DNA of 42,226 nt from Faecousia sp. (GCA_045661025.1 JAZREX010000033.1:1-42226); one strand, 5' to 3'; positions 19,374 to 29,757 are shown, counted from the first letter of the stretch. Translations and numbers: made by a program. Notes: generated by a model from the sequence alone, not told the origin.

Positions 19374-22300
19374 ATGAAAAAGGAAACAGCAAAGAAGAAT
19401 AAGCTGTGGCTGTGGATCGGCCTTGGTGTTGTTGCCCTTTTGGCAGTAGTCGGCATTGTGCTGGCGCTGGTCTTAGGACAAGGACAAGGACAAGGCGGAC
19501 GTGCAGATTTGTATTGGAACGTGGATCGCGCTGCCTATACACAGAGCGAATCTGGATTGTCCAGCCGTGAGCCTGCAGCAGACGGCATGTACTACATAAA
19601 GTTTGCTTATAACGGCGAGCAGGTAGAACTGCCTGTAGCAGACAAGCGACTGGTCAATTTCATCGATACAATGGACCTGATGGGTCTTGTCATCGACAGA
19701 GATGGCATTGTTACCGATGCAGTTGATGTAACACAGGTCGCTGTAGAAAAAGGTAAAGGTATTTATTTTGTTGAGGCTACGGACACAGAGTTGGTTGCCA
19801 ACTCCGCCGTTACACTCAACGGCTTGGCAATGAGATTTGCCATCACAGAAAACACACAGATTTATAATGTATCTGTGTCTGCTTCTATGGTGGGTGAGCT
19901 CATCCAAGGTAAGGATATCCAGGTCATGGATAGCATCCATGTCTACGCCAACGATCAGGACGAGATTACCCATGTATATTTGGTGGAACCTCCCTTGCAG
20001 TCCAAGATCTATTGGCGTATGGATCAGATGTGGGATGGTACCCAGAAGGATACCACCCGTGAGCCTGATGAGAAGGGTGTTTACACCATTCCTTATTGGT
20101 GCGAGGGTGAGGAAGTAGAGATCAAGACCAAGGACCGTAAGCTGGTGGCTGAGATCGACAACCGAAGCTTCTACTGGTGTCACAGCGCTTTCCGGTTTGA
20201 TGAAGAGGGCTATGCAGCTGCCCGTATCAACACCGGCACAGCAACCCGTACCATTTCCCTGGTGGACTGCTACGATGTCATGGAGATCGACGGCAACAAT
20301 ATCTCTACCCAGCCCTTTGGCAACGGCACTCCTGTCAACTTCAAGGTGACAGAGAATACCAAGATCTACGATGTCAGTAATCTGGCTAAGGCTCTGGGTA
20401 CTGCCGGTCAGCAGGTCGATAGCCTGCAGATCAACGACCGTGTATCTGTGTGGACGGATAAGGACGGCAATGCAGTTACCATTTATGTTGCTTCCCGTAG
20501 ATGTGACAGCCCTATTTATTTTAATGTAGAGCGTCAGTGGAGCGGAGCCGAAAAGTCCACCAAGCGTACCCCTAACGCAGATGGACTGTACGAGATCGAA
20601 CTGTGGTCTGAAGCAACAGGCAAGCAGACCTACTTGATGAACAAGGAGCAGGTCGATTTTGTTGATGCAGAAGGCTACCGCGTTTGTGGTCTGAAGGCTG
20701 ACGGCAAGCTGGTACAGGAGGTTTATCCTTTTGAAGCTATCTTTGGTTATCCCGCTGTTTGTAATGGCAGATGGGTTACCGATATTACCGGCAGCATCAT
20801 TACCATTCTGTCTCCTGCGAACCTAACTGAAACCAACTGGATAATGTCCGCAGACTGCAAGGTCTACGACATGTCCGGTCAGGGCGAGTATGGCGCAGTA
20901 ACCGAGCTGCGGGTAGGCGATAATGTTAAGGTCTTCCGGAATCCTCCCGGTGAGATCGTTTGCATGATCATCGACTCTCGTCAGACCGGCCTCGACAGCT
21001 TGTACTACAACTTGAATCGTCAGTATGACGACAAGTTGAAGGAAACCAAGCGTCTGCCCGATGAGAACGGCTGGTATGTATTTGATGTTGCTCACAACGG
21101 CAAGACCAAACAGGTCAAGACCAAGAGCAAGGAAATTGCAAGCCAGTTTGAAGCACTGAACCCCGGTGCAGCAGCGCTGTTTGTAAATAACGGTGTTATT
21201 CAGAAGGTCTTTGACCCCGTTGTTGCACTTGGTGGCAAAAAGGTTGCTTCTGCATTCTACTTTGAGGGTTATGACGAAGAGGGCAAGGCAGTGTTCGGCT
21301 ACGAAGGCCGTGATGATCTGTCCTATGTCGTCTCTGAAAACATGATCGCTTATGACGTCAGCACCAACAACTTTAACAACCGTGGTAGCGTTACCACCCT
21401 GCAGAAGGGCGACTGGGTAACCTGCTTTACCGATATGTACGGTGAGCTGCGCGTTGTTTATGTCCGTGGCCGTAAGGCAGATGCTGCTGGTTACAACTTC
21501 GAAAGAATGTACGATGCAGGAAAAGCCACGACCACCCGTAAACCTGATGCAGACGGCTGGTATGTATTCCAGATGGCCATCGATGGCAAGTGCAAGACCC
21601 TGAAGACCAAGAACAAAGACTTGGCCACAATGATCGACTATCAGAACACAGCTGTTGGTTTGACCATTAAGGGCGATGAGATCATGGGCTATACCAATGC
21701 CAACATGATCCCTGGCATCAGCGCCACCGGCGTCAGAGGCTACGATGTTATTAAGGTCGATGGCAACAAGCTGACCGTGCGTTACACTGTGACCGGTTCT
21801 GTGAACACCGGCAAGGAGCAGGTGATCACCCTTGCATCCAATGCAAAGGTTTATGATGTAAGCACCGGTGATGTGGCTACCTTTGGTCAGAAGATGGATG
21901 CTAGCGCTATCAAGGTAGGCGACCGTTTGACCACCTTGAAGGACGCAAAGGGCAACCATGCTCTGATTTATGTAACCCACAAGGGCAACCGCGCTGCTGG
22001 CTACGTCAGCTACTGCCCGCATTGTGATAAGGAAGTTTACTGGTGCGCATGGTCTATGGACGGATTCAACTCCGGCGATGACAGCCACGTGTATCTGTTC
22101 CGCGATATCAACACAAGCAAGCAGTTGTCCATGGGCAACAAGGATCTGCAGTATACTGTAGTCATCGACTTGAACGGTTACACATGGACTCGGACAACAG
22201 AAGGCCGTGCAATCTCTGTTTCTTATAAAGAGTCCCTGTACATTTTGGATACCGTAGGTACCGGTAAGATTCGTTCTACTGGTGCAATGGGCCAGAATGC

Positions 22301-25300
22301 TGGCGTTCTGTCCATTGGTACTGGCTCTAAGGTTCATTTGTTGGGCGGTACTCTTGAACAGATTGAAAGTGATGTGAAGGTTCCTGCTGGCGGTATTGTG
22401 AACATGAGCGGCGACGGCAGTGAGTTCCACATGTCCGGCGGTAAGCTGGTAGGCGGTAAGGCTTCCGATTATCAGGCTGGCACAGTTTCCAAGAACGGCA
22501 TGGGTGGTAGCATCTATGCTTCCAACGGTATTGTGGACATTACCGGCGGTGTCATTGAAGGCGGCCATGCAGATTACTGCGGCGGTAATATTTTCTTCTA
22601 CGGCGCTACCTCCATTAATATCGAAAACGCTACCATCACCGGTGGTGAGGCAGGCGTTCGGGGTGGTAATATTTACATCAACTCCGGTGTTGCCAAGGAG
22701 CCTGCTGCTGTAATTAAGAACTGTCAGATTCTTGACGGCGTTGCAGGCGACAAGGGTGGTAACATCTATAACGATGCGCCCAATGCTACTTTGACGGATT
22801 GTACCATCTCTGGCGGTAAGGCAGGGATGTTTGGCCACAATGTTTTCCATAGTAGTGGTACATTGAATGTTGTCGGCGGCTCTGTTGTTGGTGGCGATTT
22901 TGCAGCCAAGAGCGGTACTTTGGTGCTTACCGGTCCTGTAAAGGTTGATTTGATGAACCTGACTGGTGCGCAGGTCAATGTATCCGGCCTGACCAAGGGC
23001 GCTTCTATTAAGGTGAACGCTGAGGGCGACTTTACAACGGATTACAAGAATATTAAGGATATTCTGGAAGCAGGTTATATCCAGCCTGCAACTGCCGGTG
23101 CAGTTCTGGAAATCAACGGCAAGAAGTTGACCATGTCCGGCGCAGAGATTCCTACCGAACCGGGTCTGGATGTTTCTGATCCCTCTGTTTGCCCGCATTG
23201 TGGTGTAAAGTGGGACCAGATCACTTGGACTGCTTGGACAGGTGAACATGATCCTGCCAGCGGCCACTACCGTCTGGAAAAGGATATGACCACTGCCCAT
23301 ACTAACATTGGTAACTCTCAAAACTTTAACGCAAATATCGTTCTGGATTTGAACGGACATATCCTGAAGGCTGAAAATGGCGACTACGCTATGGGCGTTG
23401 GCTTGAATAAAGTTTCTCAGATCACACTGACTATTATGGATAGAGTAGGTGGCGGTGAGATCCAAGCTACCGGTAAGAGCAAGGCCAGCGCAGGCGTTAT
23501 GTCTGTGGTGAACAACGCAAAGCTGAACATCATCAGCGGTACATTGCGTCAGCTGCCTTCTTCTGATGTAGCGGTAGTCAATGCAGGTGTTCTGTATGTA
23601 CAAAACGCTACCTTGAATATGTACGGCGGCAAGATTGCCGATGGCCGTATTGCTTCCACTCAGGATGCAACTGCAGGTAACGTTTTGCTGCGTAACAGCA
23701 CTGTATTTAACATGTACGGCGGTGAGATCACCAATGGCTATGCAGCCAAGAGCGGCGGCGGTGTAAATGTATACGGCTCCGTTCCTAAGTTCAACATGTA
23801 TGGTGGTTCCATCACAAATAATACTTCTGTTGGCGATGGCGGTAACGTCTATGTCAGCGGCGGTACAGCTACCATCGGCGGCACATCCGTGATTTCCGGC
23901 GGCGTGGGCAAGAATACCACAAGCAACATCGCTTGTACTGGAACCTTGACCATTAACGGCGGCATGATCGACGGCGGCGTTTCCGGCAAGTTCAAGACCT
24001 TGACTCTGGCAGGTAATCCTGTGATCAAGGGTATTGAGGTTGCTAGTGGTAAGCTCTTGACTCTGGGCGAACTGACTGCAGGTGCTGAGATCTGGGTCAA
24101 TGCAAAGGGCGTGTTCACCGAGGTCAATGCAAAGACTGAAGAATATGCTGCTTACTTCAAGCCAAAGGCAGAGGGCGGTTCCATTGCGGTTGTGGAAGTA
24201 ACTCAGAATGGAGTCAAGGGCAAGGCATTGTCTATGACTGGCGGTTCTGAGATTGAAGGTCCTGCATTTGATGTTAATGATAATACCATTTGCCCCCACT
24301 GTGGTGTAAAGGTGAAAGAGATTACCTGGACTGCTTGGACAGGCGAGGATGATCCTACAACCGGACACTACCGTTTGGAGAGCAATGTGGCATTTGATCA
24401 TGCAAACATCGGTAACGCCAAGCACCTGGATGCTGACATCGTTCTGGACCTGAACGGCAAGACCTGGAAGGCTGACGGCGACTACATCATGGGTATCGGC
24501 CTGCATGATGAAGCAAATGTTACTGTTTCCATTATCGATACAGTTGGTGGCGGTAAGCTTCAGGGCACCGGTAAGCGCGATGATCCTGCAACTGAAAAGG
24601 TTGAAACAAGTGCAATCGGTGTTATCTCTGTAATGAAGAGCTCTACACTTAACATCTACGGCGGTACACTTGAGCATGTACGCGCAAATGATATTGCGGT
24701 AACCAATGCAGGTGTTCTGTATATCAATGGCGCAAACTTGAACATGTATGGCGGTAAGATCACTGGCGGTTATGTTGCTTCCAATGCATCTGCAACAGCT
24801 GGTAACGTGCTGCTGCGTGGTAACACCACATTTAACATGTTCGGCGGCGAAATTTCTAATGGTTATGCAGCCTTTAACGGCGGCGGTGTGAATTCTTATA
24901 CAGCTAGAACTGCAACCAATTCTGGCGTAGTGTTCAATATGATTGGCGGTTCCATTAAGAATAACACTGCTGAAAACGAAGGCGGTAACATCTACATCAG
25001 CGGCGGTACAGTCAATATCAGCGGTACTGCTGAAATCTCCGGCGGCTTGACCAAGGGTAGAGTGAATAATATTACTGTTCGCGATACCTTGAACATCAGC
25101 GGTGGTACCATTGATGGCGGCATTTCTGGCAAGTGCAATGTGTTCACATTGTCCGGTAATCCTGTGATCAAGGCAAACACTGTTGGTTTGATGATTGCTG
25201 AGGGCAGAGTGATTACTCTGGGTGAACTGACTGAAGGCGCAGAGATTTATGTCAATGCAGAAGGCGTATTCACCGAAGAAAATGCAAAGGCTGCAGAATA

Positions 25301-28300
25301 TGCTAAGTACTTCAAGACCAATATTCAGGGCGGTTCCGTTGTAGCCGAAGGCAACACCTTGGCAGTGGTTGGCGGGCAGGTACCTGAAATTGATGTCAAT
25401 GATCCCACCATTTGCCCCCACTGTGGTGTAAAGCTGGATCAAATCTATTGGCATACCTGGACAGGCGCACACAATCCTGCTGACGGCCACTACCGTCTGG
25501 AGGAAAACCTGACTACGGCCCATGCCAACATCGGTAACGGCTTGAATATTGATGCAGACATTGTTCTGGATCTGAACGGCAAGACTTGGAAGGCAAACGA
25601 TGGCGATTACCTCATGGGCATTGGCTTCGAGAAGAAGGATGACCAAGGCAATTTAGTCTGGGTAAGCGCTGTTAAGATGTCCATTATGGACTCTGTTGGC
25701 GGCGGTGAGCTGCAGGCTACCGGTAAGACCGGCAATGCAGCCGTGATTACCGCAACGCACAACACACGGCTGAATATTTACGGCGGTACCCTGCGTCAGC
25801 TGCCTTCCAACGATGTCAAGACACAGCTTGGCGTTGTGTATGCCCGTACTTGGAGCGGCGCAAAGAAGCCGACAACCATCAATATGTATGGCGGTAAGAT
25901 CACTGGTGGTTATACGGAATCTACTGCGAGCGATTCTGCCGGCAATGTGCTGCTACGCGGCGTAGCTATTTTCAACATGTACGGTGGTGAGATCAGCGGC
26001 GGTAAGGCAGCTGCAACCAGCGGCGGTGTGCATGCTTACGGTACAGCTACTGAGTTTAATATGCTTGGCGGTACTATCAAGGATAACATCGGTGGTGTTG
26101 GTACTAACGTTTACTGCAGCGGTGGCAAGGCTACCATCGGCGGTACTGCTGTGATCTCCGGTGGCAATGTGGTTTGCACCGGCAATCTGACAGTAAGCGG
26201 CAATCCTGTTATTACTGATCTGGAAATCCCTGCTAACAAGAAGATTACTTTGGGTGATCTGACTACAGGCGCAGATATTTGCGTCAATGCAAATGGCGCA
26301 TTTACCGCAGAGAATGCAAAGGCTTCTGAATATGTTGGTTACTTCAAGACCAATGTAGAAGGCCATAAAGTCGTTGCCGAGAACAATGTTTTGAAGGTAA
26401 CAGAGGATACCGGCACTGGCAATGAGCCTGATCCCAATGCAAAGTGCCCCTGCTGCGACAAGCCTTTGACAGAAATCGTCTGGGAGACTTGGAATGAGAC
26501 CAATGCGCAAGCGGTTAAGGAAGGCGGCCACTACCGTCTGGAAGCCAAGTTGGAGTCTGGTAAGATTAACTTCGGCTCCGCCGCGAATCCCAACGACTTT
26601 ACACTGGACCTGAATGGTAATACTTGGACTAATAATAGCGGATATCTGATGCACATTGGTGCCGGTGTAAATACTCCGTGTACTGTAAACATTTTTGACT
26701 CCGTTGGCGGCGGTGAGCTGCAGGGTTACGGAGCAGGTGATTATGGTGTTATCTATGTAGCGAACGGCTCCAAGCTGGTGCTGCACAGCGGTACTATCCG
26801 TCAGCTGGAGAATACATCTTCTCAAACCCGTGGCGCTGTGTATGTGTACAACGGAAAGATGGAGATGAAGGGCGGCAAGATTACCGACGGTTACACCAAA
26901 AAAAGCGGCCTTTCTGCAGGTAACTTGCTTGTGCGTGGCACTGCTGAATTCACCATGACTGGCGGCGAGATCACCAATGGCTACGCACTAACCCAAGGCG
27001 GCGGCGTGGCTGTCGTTGGCGGTACATTCACCGTTTCTGGTGGTAAGATCTACAACAACACTACCGATGGTACTGGCAATAATGTATTCATTGAGGCGCG
27101 TACAGCGGATAATGCAACCGTTACTGCTACCATCGGTGGCACAGCTGAAATTACCAACGGTAATGTGGTTTGCAACGATAACCTGACAGTAAGCGGCAAG
27201 CCTGTCATTTCCGAGCTGAAGCTTTCTGAGGGCAAGACCATCACTCTGGGTGAGTTGACGACAGGCGCAGATATCTGCGTCAATGCAACTGGCGTCTTTA
27301 CCACAGAGAATGCAAAGGCTTCTGAATATGTTGGTTACTTCAAGACCAATGTAGAAGGCCATAAAGTCGTTGCCGAGAACAATGTTTTGAAGGTAACAGA
27401 GGATACCGGCGCAGGCAATGAGCCTGATCCCAATGCAAAGTGCCCCCACTGTGATGTGGCACTGTCTGAGATCACATGGAATGATTGGAAGGGCACTTCC
27501 AATCCTGCTGAAGGCCATTATCGTTTGAATAATGACCTGACAACTGAAGCACATGCTGAGCTTGGCGATGTTTCCTATGTATGTCTGGATCTGAACGGTC
27601 ATGTATGGCGCGTTACCGGTTCTGACTATGCATTGGATGTTGGCACAAATAGCAATACCACCACTCAGATGTGGATCATCGACACTGCCGATAAGGATGG
27701 CGAAATTCAGGCTGCCGGCAAGGGTGGCGATGCAGGCGTTGTGAAGGTGATAAACGGCACAAAGCTGGTGCTGCACGGCGGTACGATCCGTCAGCTGTAT
27801 ACTGCCGATGCAACAACGCTGGGTGCTGTTTATATCAACGGTGCTAACTTTGATATGCATGGCGGTAAGATCACCGACGGTTACACCACATCTACAGCGG
27901 CTACTTCCGCAGGCAACCTGCTTGTCCGTGGCGCTACATCTGTAATGAACATGTACGGCGGTGAGATTACCAATGGCCATGCTGTAACCAACGGTGGCGG
28001 CGTAACCACTTACGGCACTTTCAATATGTCCGGTGGCACCATCTCTAACAACGTTTCTGATGGCATTGGCGGTAACATCTGTGTCAACGGTGGCACACCT
28101 ACCTTCTCTAACAATGCGGAAGTGAAGAACGGCGTAGCCGGCAAGGGCGCAAACATTTATAATAAGGTCGCGTCTGCGAAGTTTGAGAATGTTTCCAAGA
28201 TCGATGGCGATGTCTATACAATTGCCGACGTAACCTTGGAAGGCAGCGTCTATATGCCTATGGGTAACTCCAATGGTATTTTCATTGAGGCAACTGTTAA

Positions 28301-29591
28301 AAATAACGTTGCTGAAACCAAGGGTAAGTTGAAGTTTGTAAACTTTGACAAGACCAACTCTAAGATCTTCTTTGGCGTTGGATTTACAGATGGCAACCAG
28401 AGTGCGGTATTTACCGATGGTGGTGCTGAATACTTGGATTGCTTCAAGAATGTTGGTCGTACCACATCTGTTGAAGTAGACGGCACAAACTTGAAGGCGA
28501 ATAGAACCAACCATGGTAACGCAGTAAACTATAGCTATTGCCCCCACTGCGGTGAAGAAGCAGGCCCTGTAAACTGGTTCCGTACCGGTGCTATGACTGA
28601 GGCTGAAAAAGATGCAAGCGGAACAGCAACTGGTTTCGAGGTATTCAATGCAGCCAATGTGTTAGATAGTGAAGGAAAGCAGAAGTTCACCCATTTCTTC
28701 AGCAGCGGTAGCGGTTTGGCTAATGGCTTGAAGTTTACTGGTGAAGTCGTGATTGACTTGGCTGGTGAAACTCGCACCTCCTCTCAGCAGATGTTTATTC
28801 TTGAGGGTGAAGGTTCTAAGTTGGCTGTTTTGGACACAGTAGGTGGCGGTAAGCTTGTTGGCAAGGGCAACATGGGTACTGAGACAGCTAATCACGTTGC
28901 AAACGGCGGCGTTATCAATGTAGCAGGTGCTACTGCCAAGGCGACTGTTAGCATTTACAGCGGCACAATCTCTTTGACTGTTGTTAATACTGATACTGCA
29001 AAGTCTAACGTTGTTCGCGGTGGTCTTATCAGCGTGAACGGCGGCGATCTGAACATCTACGGTGGTATCCTTACTGGCGGCAAGACTAACCACAGCACTG
29101 ATGGCGGCGCTGGTGGTAACATCTACATGAACAACGGCAAGTTTACCATGACTGGCGGCTTGATCACCGGTGGTACAGCAAGACAGAACGGCGGTAACAT
29201 TTATGTGAACACCAATGCTACTGCTGAGATCACTGGCGGTATGGTGGAAAAGGGTACTGTACTGAATCAGCGCGGTGGTAACCTGTTCTTGACCTGTAAG
29301 GACAGCGCAATTTCCAACCTGATCGTTCGCGGTGGCGCCGTAACAGGCACGGATACTGCAAAGGTATGCGGCGGTAACATCGCCATTAGCGCACAAGCAA
29401 AGTTCACCTTGAACAATGTTGTGATGGCTGGCGGTACTGCGATCAACGGCGGCAACCTGTCTGTAGAGAAGGTTGACAACGGCACACAGAATCCTCAGTG
29501 CGAACTGACAAACTGTGTGATCTACGGCGGCACAGCAACCGGAACCGGCAATGATACCTTCACTGGAGAAGGCATTACACTGGCTGGTTGA
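19374..29591 (+). CDS. Giant (3405 aa) N-terminally membrane-anchored surface protein: 5 beta-rich repeats of about 165 aa, then 7 CxxC-headed Gly/Asn-rich beta-helix-like modules of about 330-390 aa
   Basis: Uninterrupted ORF with RBS. Basic N-terminus plus hydrophobic helix. Repeated Y[WFY]N..R...T.R.P..DG.Y motif, then repeated CP[HC]C...W..W...GHYRL...LDLNG and GG.I..G.A..GGN motifs. Confidence 0.9.
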   Translation: MKKETAKKNKLWLWIGLGVVALLAVVGIVLALVLGQGQGQGGRADLYWNVDRAAYTQSESGLSSREPAADGMYYIKFAYNGEQVELPVADKRLVNFIDTMDLMGLVIDRDGIVTDAVDVTQVAVEKGKGIYFVEATDTELVANSAVTLNGLAMRFAITENTQIYNVSVSASMVGELIQGKDIQVMDSIHVYANDQDEITHVYLVEPPLQSKIYWRMDQMWDGTQKDTTREPDEKGVYTIPYWCEGEEVEIKTKDRKLVAEIDNRSFYWCHSAFRFDEEGYAAARINTGTATRTISLVDCYDVMEIDGNNISTQPFGNGTPVNFKVTENTKIYDVSNLAKALGTAGQQVDSLQINDRVSVWTDKDGNAVTIYVASRRCDSPIYFNVERQWSGAEKSTKRTPNADGLYEIELWSEATGKQTYLMNKEQVDFVDAEGYRVCGLKADGKLVQEVYPFEAIFGYPAVCNGRWVTDITGSIITILSPANLTETNWIMSADCKVYDMSGQGEYGAVTELRVGDNVKVFRNPPGEIVCMIIDSRQTGLDSLYYNLNRQYDDKLKETKRLPDENGWYVFDVAHNGKTKQVKTKSKEIASQFEALNPGAAALFVNNGVIQKVFDPVVALGGKKVASAFYFEGYDEEGKAVFGYEGRDDLSYVVSENMIAYDVSTNNFNNRGSVTTLQKGDWVTCFTDMYGELRVVYVRGRKADAAGYNFERMYDAGKATTTRKPDADGWYVFQMAIDGKCKTLKTKNKDLATMIDYQNTAVGLTIKGDEIMGYTNANMIPGISATGVRGYDVIKVDGNKLTVRYTVTGSVNTGKEQVITLASNAKVYDVSTGDVATFGQKMDASAIKVGDRLTTLKDAKGNHALIYVTHKGNRAAGYVSYCPHCDKEVYWCAWSMDGFNSGDDSHVYLFRDINTSKQLSMGNKDLQYTVVIDLNGYTWTRTTEGRAISVSYKESLYILDTVGTGKIRSTGAMGQNAGVLSIGTGSKVHLLGGTLEQIESDVKVPAGGIVNMSGDGSEFHMSGGKLVGGKASDYQAGTVSKNGMGGSIYASNGIVDITGGVIEGGHADYCGGNIFFYGATSINIENATITGGEAGVRGGNIYINSGVAKEPAAVIKNCQILDGVAGDKGGNIYNDAPNATLTDCTISGGKAGMFGHNVFHSSGTLNVVGGSVVGGDFAAKSGTLVLTGPVKVDLMNLTGAQVNVSGLTKGASIKVNAEGDFTTDYKNIKDILEAGYIQPATAGAVLEINGKKLTMSGAEIPTEPGLDVSDPSVCPHCGVKWDQITWTAWTGEHDPASGHYRLEKDMTTAHTNIGNSQNFNANIVLDLNGHILKAENGDYAMGVGLNKVSQITLTIMDRVGGGEIQATGKSKASAGVMSVVNNAKLNIISGTLRQLPSSDVAVVNAGVLYVQNATLNMYGGKIADGRIASTQDATAGNVLLRNSTVFNMYGGEITNGYAAKSGGGVNVYGSVPKFNMYGGSITNNTSVGDGGNVYVSGGTATIGGTSVISGGVGKNTTSNIACTGTLTINGGMIDGGVSGKFKTLTLAGNPVIKGIEVASGKLLTLGELTAGAEIWVNAKGVFTEVNAKTEEYAAYFKPKAEGGSIAVVEVTQNGVKGKALSMTGGSEIEGPAFDVNDNTICPHCGVKVKEITWTAWTGEDDPTTGHYRLESNVAFDHANIGNAKHLDADIVLDLNGKTWKADGDYIMGIGLHDEANVTVSIIDTVGGGKLQGTGKRDDPATEKVETSAIGVISVMKSSTLNIYGGTLEHVRANDIAVTNAGVLYINGANLNMYGGKITGGYVASNASATAGNVLLRGNTTFNMFGGEISNGYAAFNGGGVNSYTARTATNSGVVFNMIGGSIKNNTAENEGGNIYISGGTVNISGTAEISGGLTKGRVNNITVRDTLNISGGTIDGGISGKCNVFTLSGNPVIKANTVGLMIAEGRVITLGELTEGAEIYVNAEGVFTEENAKAAEYAKYFKTNIQGGSVVAEGNTLAVVGGQVPEIDVNDPTICPHCGVKLDQIYWHTWTGAHNPADGHYRLEENLTTAHANIGNGLNIDADIVLDLNGKTWKANDGDYLMGIGFEKKDDQGNLVWVSAVKMSIMDSVGGGELQATGKTGNAAVITATHNTRLNIYGGTLRQLPSNDVKTQLGVVYARTWSGAKKPTTINMYGGKITGGYTESTASDSAGNVLLRGVAIFNMYGGEISGGKAAATSGGVHAYGTATEFNMLGGTIKDNIGGVGTNVYCSGGKATIGGTAVISGGNVVCTGNLTVSGNPVITDLEIPANKKITLGDLTTGADICVNANGAFTAENAKASEYVGYFKTNVEGHKVVAENNVLKVTEDTGTGNEPDPNAKCPCCDKPLTEIVWETWNETNAQAVKEGGHYRLEAKLESGKINFGSAANPNDFTLDLNGNTWTNNSGYLMHIGAGVNTPCTVNIFDSVGGGELQGYGAGDYGVIYVANGSKLVLHSGTIRQLENTSSQTRGAVYVYNGKMEMKGGKITDGYTKKSGLSAGNLLVRGTAEFTMTGGEITNGYALTQGGGVAVVGGTFTVSGGKIYNNTTDGTGNNVFIEARTADNATVTATIGGTAEITNGNVVCNDNLTVSGKPVISELKLSEGKTITLGELTTGADICVNATGVFTTENAKASEYVGYFKTNVEGHKVVAENNVLKVTEDTGAGNEPDPNAKCPHCDVALSEITWNDWKGTSNPAEGHYRLNNDLTTEAHAELGDVSYVCLDLNGHVWRVTGSDYALDVGTNSNTTTQMWIIDTADKDGEIQAAGKGGDAGVVKVINGTKLVLHGGTIRQLYTADATTLGAVYINGANFDMHGGKITDGYTTSTAATSAGNLLVRGATSVMNMYGGEITNGHAVTNGGGVTTYGTFNMSGGTISNNVSDGIGGNICVNGGTPTFSNNAEVKNGVAGKGANIYNKVASAKFENVSKIDGDVYTIADVTLEGSVYMPMGNSNGIFIEATVKNNVAETKGKLKFVNFDKTNSKIFFGVGFTDGNQSAVFTDGGAEYLDCFKNVGRTTSVEVDGTNLKANRTNHGNAVNYSYCPHCGEEAGPVNWFRTGAMTEAEKDASGTATGFEVFNAANVLDSEGKQKFTHFFSSGSGLANGLKFTGEVVIDLAGETRTSSQQMFILEGEGSKLAVLDTVGGGKLVGKGNMGTETANHVANGGVINVAGATAKATVSIYSGTISLTVVNTDTAKSNVVRGGLISVNGGDLNIYGGILTGGKTNHSTDGGAGGNIYMNNGKFTMTGGLITGGTARQNGGNIYVNTNATAEITGGMVEKGTVLNQRGGNLFLTCKDSAISNLIVRGGAVTGTDTAKVCGGNIAISAQAKFTLNNVVMAGGTAINGGNLSVEKVDNGTQNPQCELTNCVIYGGTATGTGNDTFTGEGITLAG
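26265..27446 (+). repeat. Near-identical 186-bp direct repeats (26265-26450 and 27261-27446) inside the giant gene
   Basis: Offset 996 bp (in frame). Exact 107-bp core at 26308-26414 = 27304-27410. Confidence 0.92.
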
Positions 29592-29652
29592 TTGCGATCG
29601 CTGTAATACAGTCGCGCAAAGTAGTTGACTGATAGCAAAACTTATAAAGAGC

Positions 29653-29683
29653 CCGGGGCAGAGAAATCTGCCCCTGGTTTTTT
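29653..29683 (+). terminator. Intrinsic terminator of the giant gene
   Basis: CCGGGGCAGA-gaaa-TCTGCCCCTGG-TTTTTT. Confidence 0.85.
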
Positions 29684-29695
29684 GTGGTAAAGTCA

Positions 29696-29724
29696 TTGAC
29701 AGAAAAAGGAAAAAGTCCTATACT
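29696..29724 (+). promoter_or_regulatory. SigA promoter
   Basis: TTGACA-17 bp-TATACT. Confidence 0.8.
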
Positions 29725-29757
29725 AACTCTGTTTCACATAGAAAGGAGCATATAGGC

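Noticed and set aside
26265-27446. Repeat pair as DGR template/variable repeat
   Set aside because: Mismatches are not adenine-specific, both copies are in-frame coding, and there is no reverse transcriptase in the window.
20823-29696. Very long antisense ORFs (1607, 290, 519 and 344 aa) opposite the giant gene
   Set aside because: Shadow frames produced by the sense gene's codon bias (few TTA/CTA/TCA codons). No RBS or recognisable motifs.
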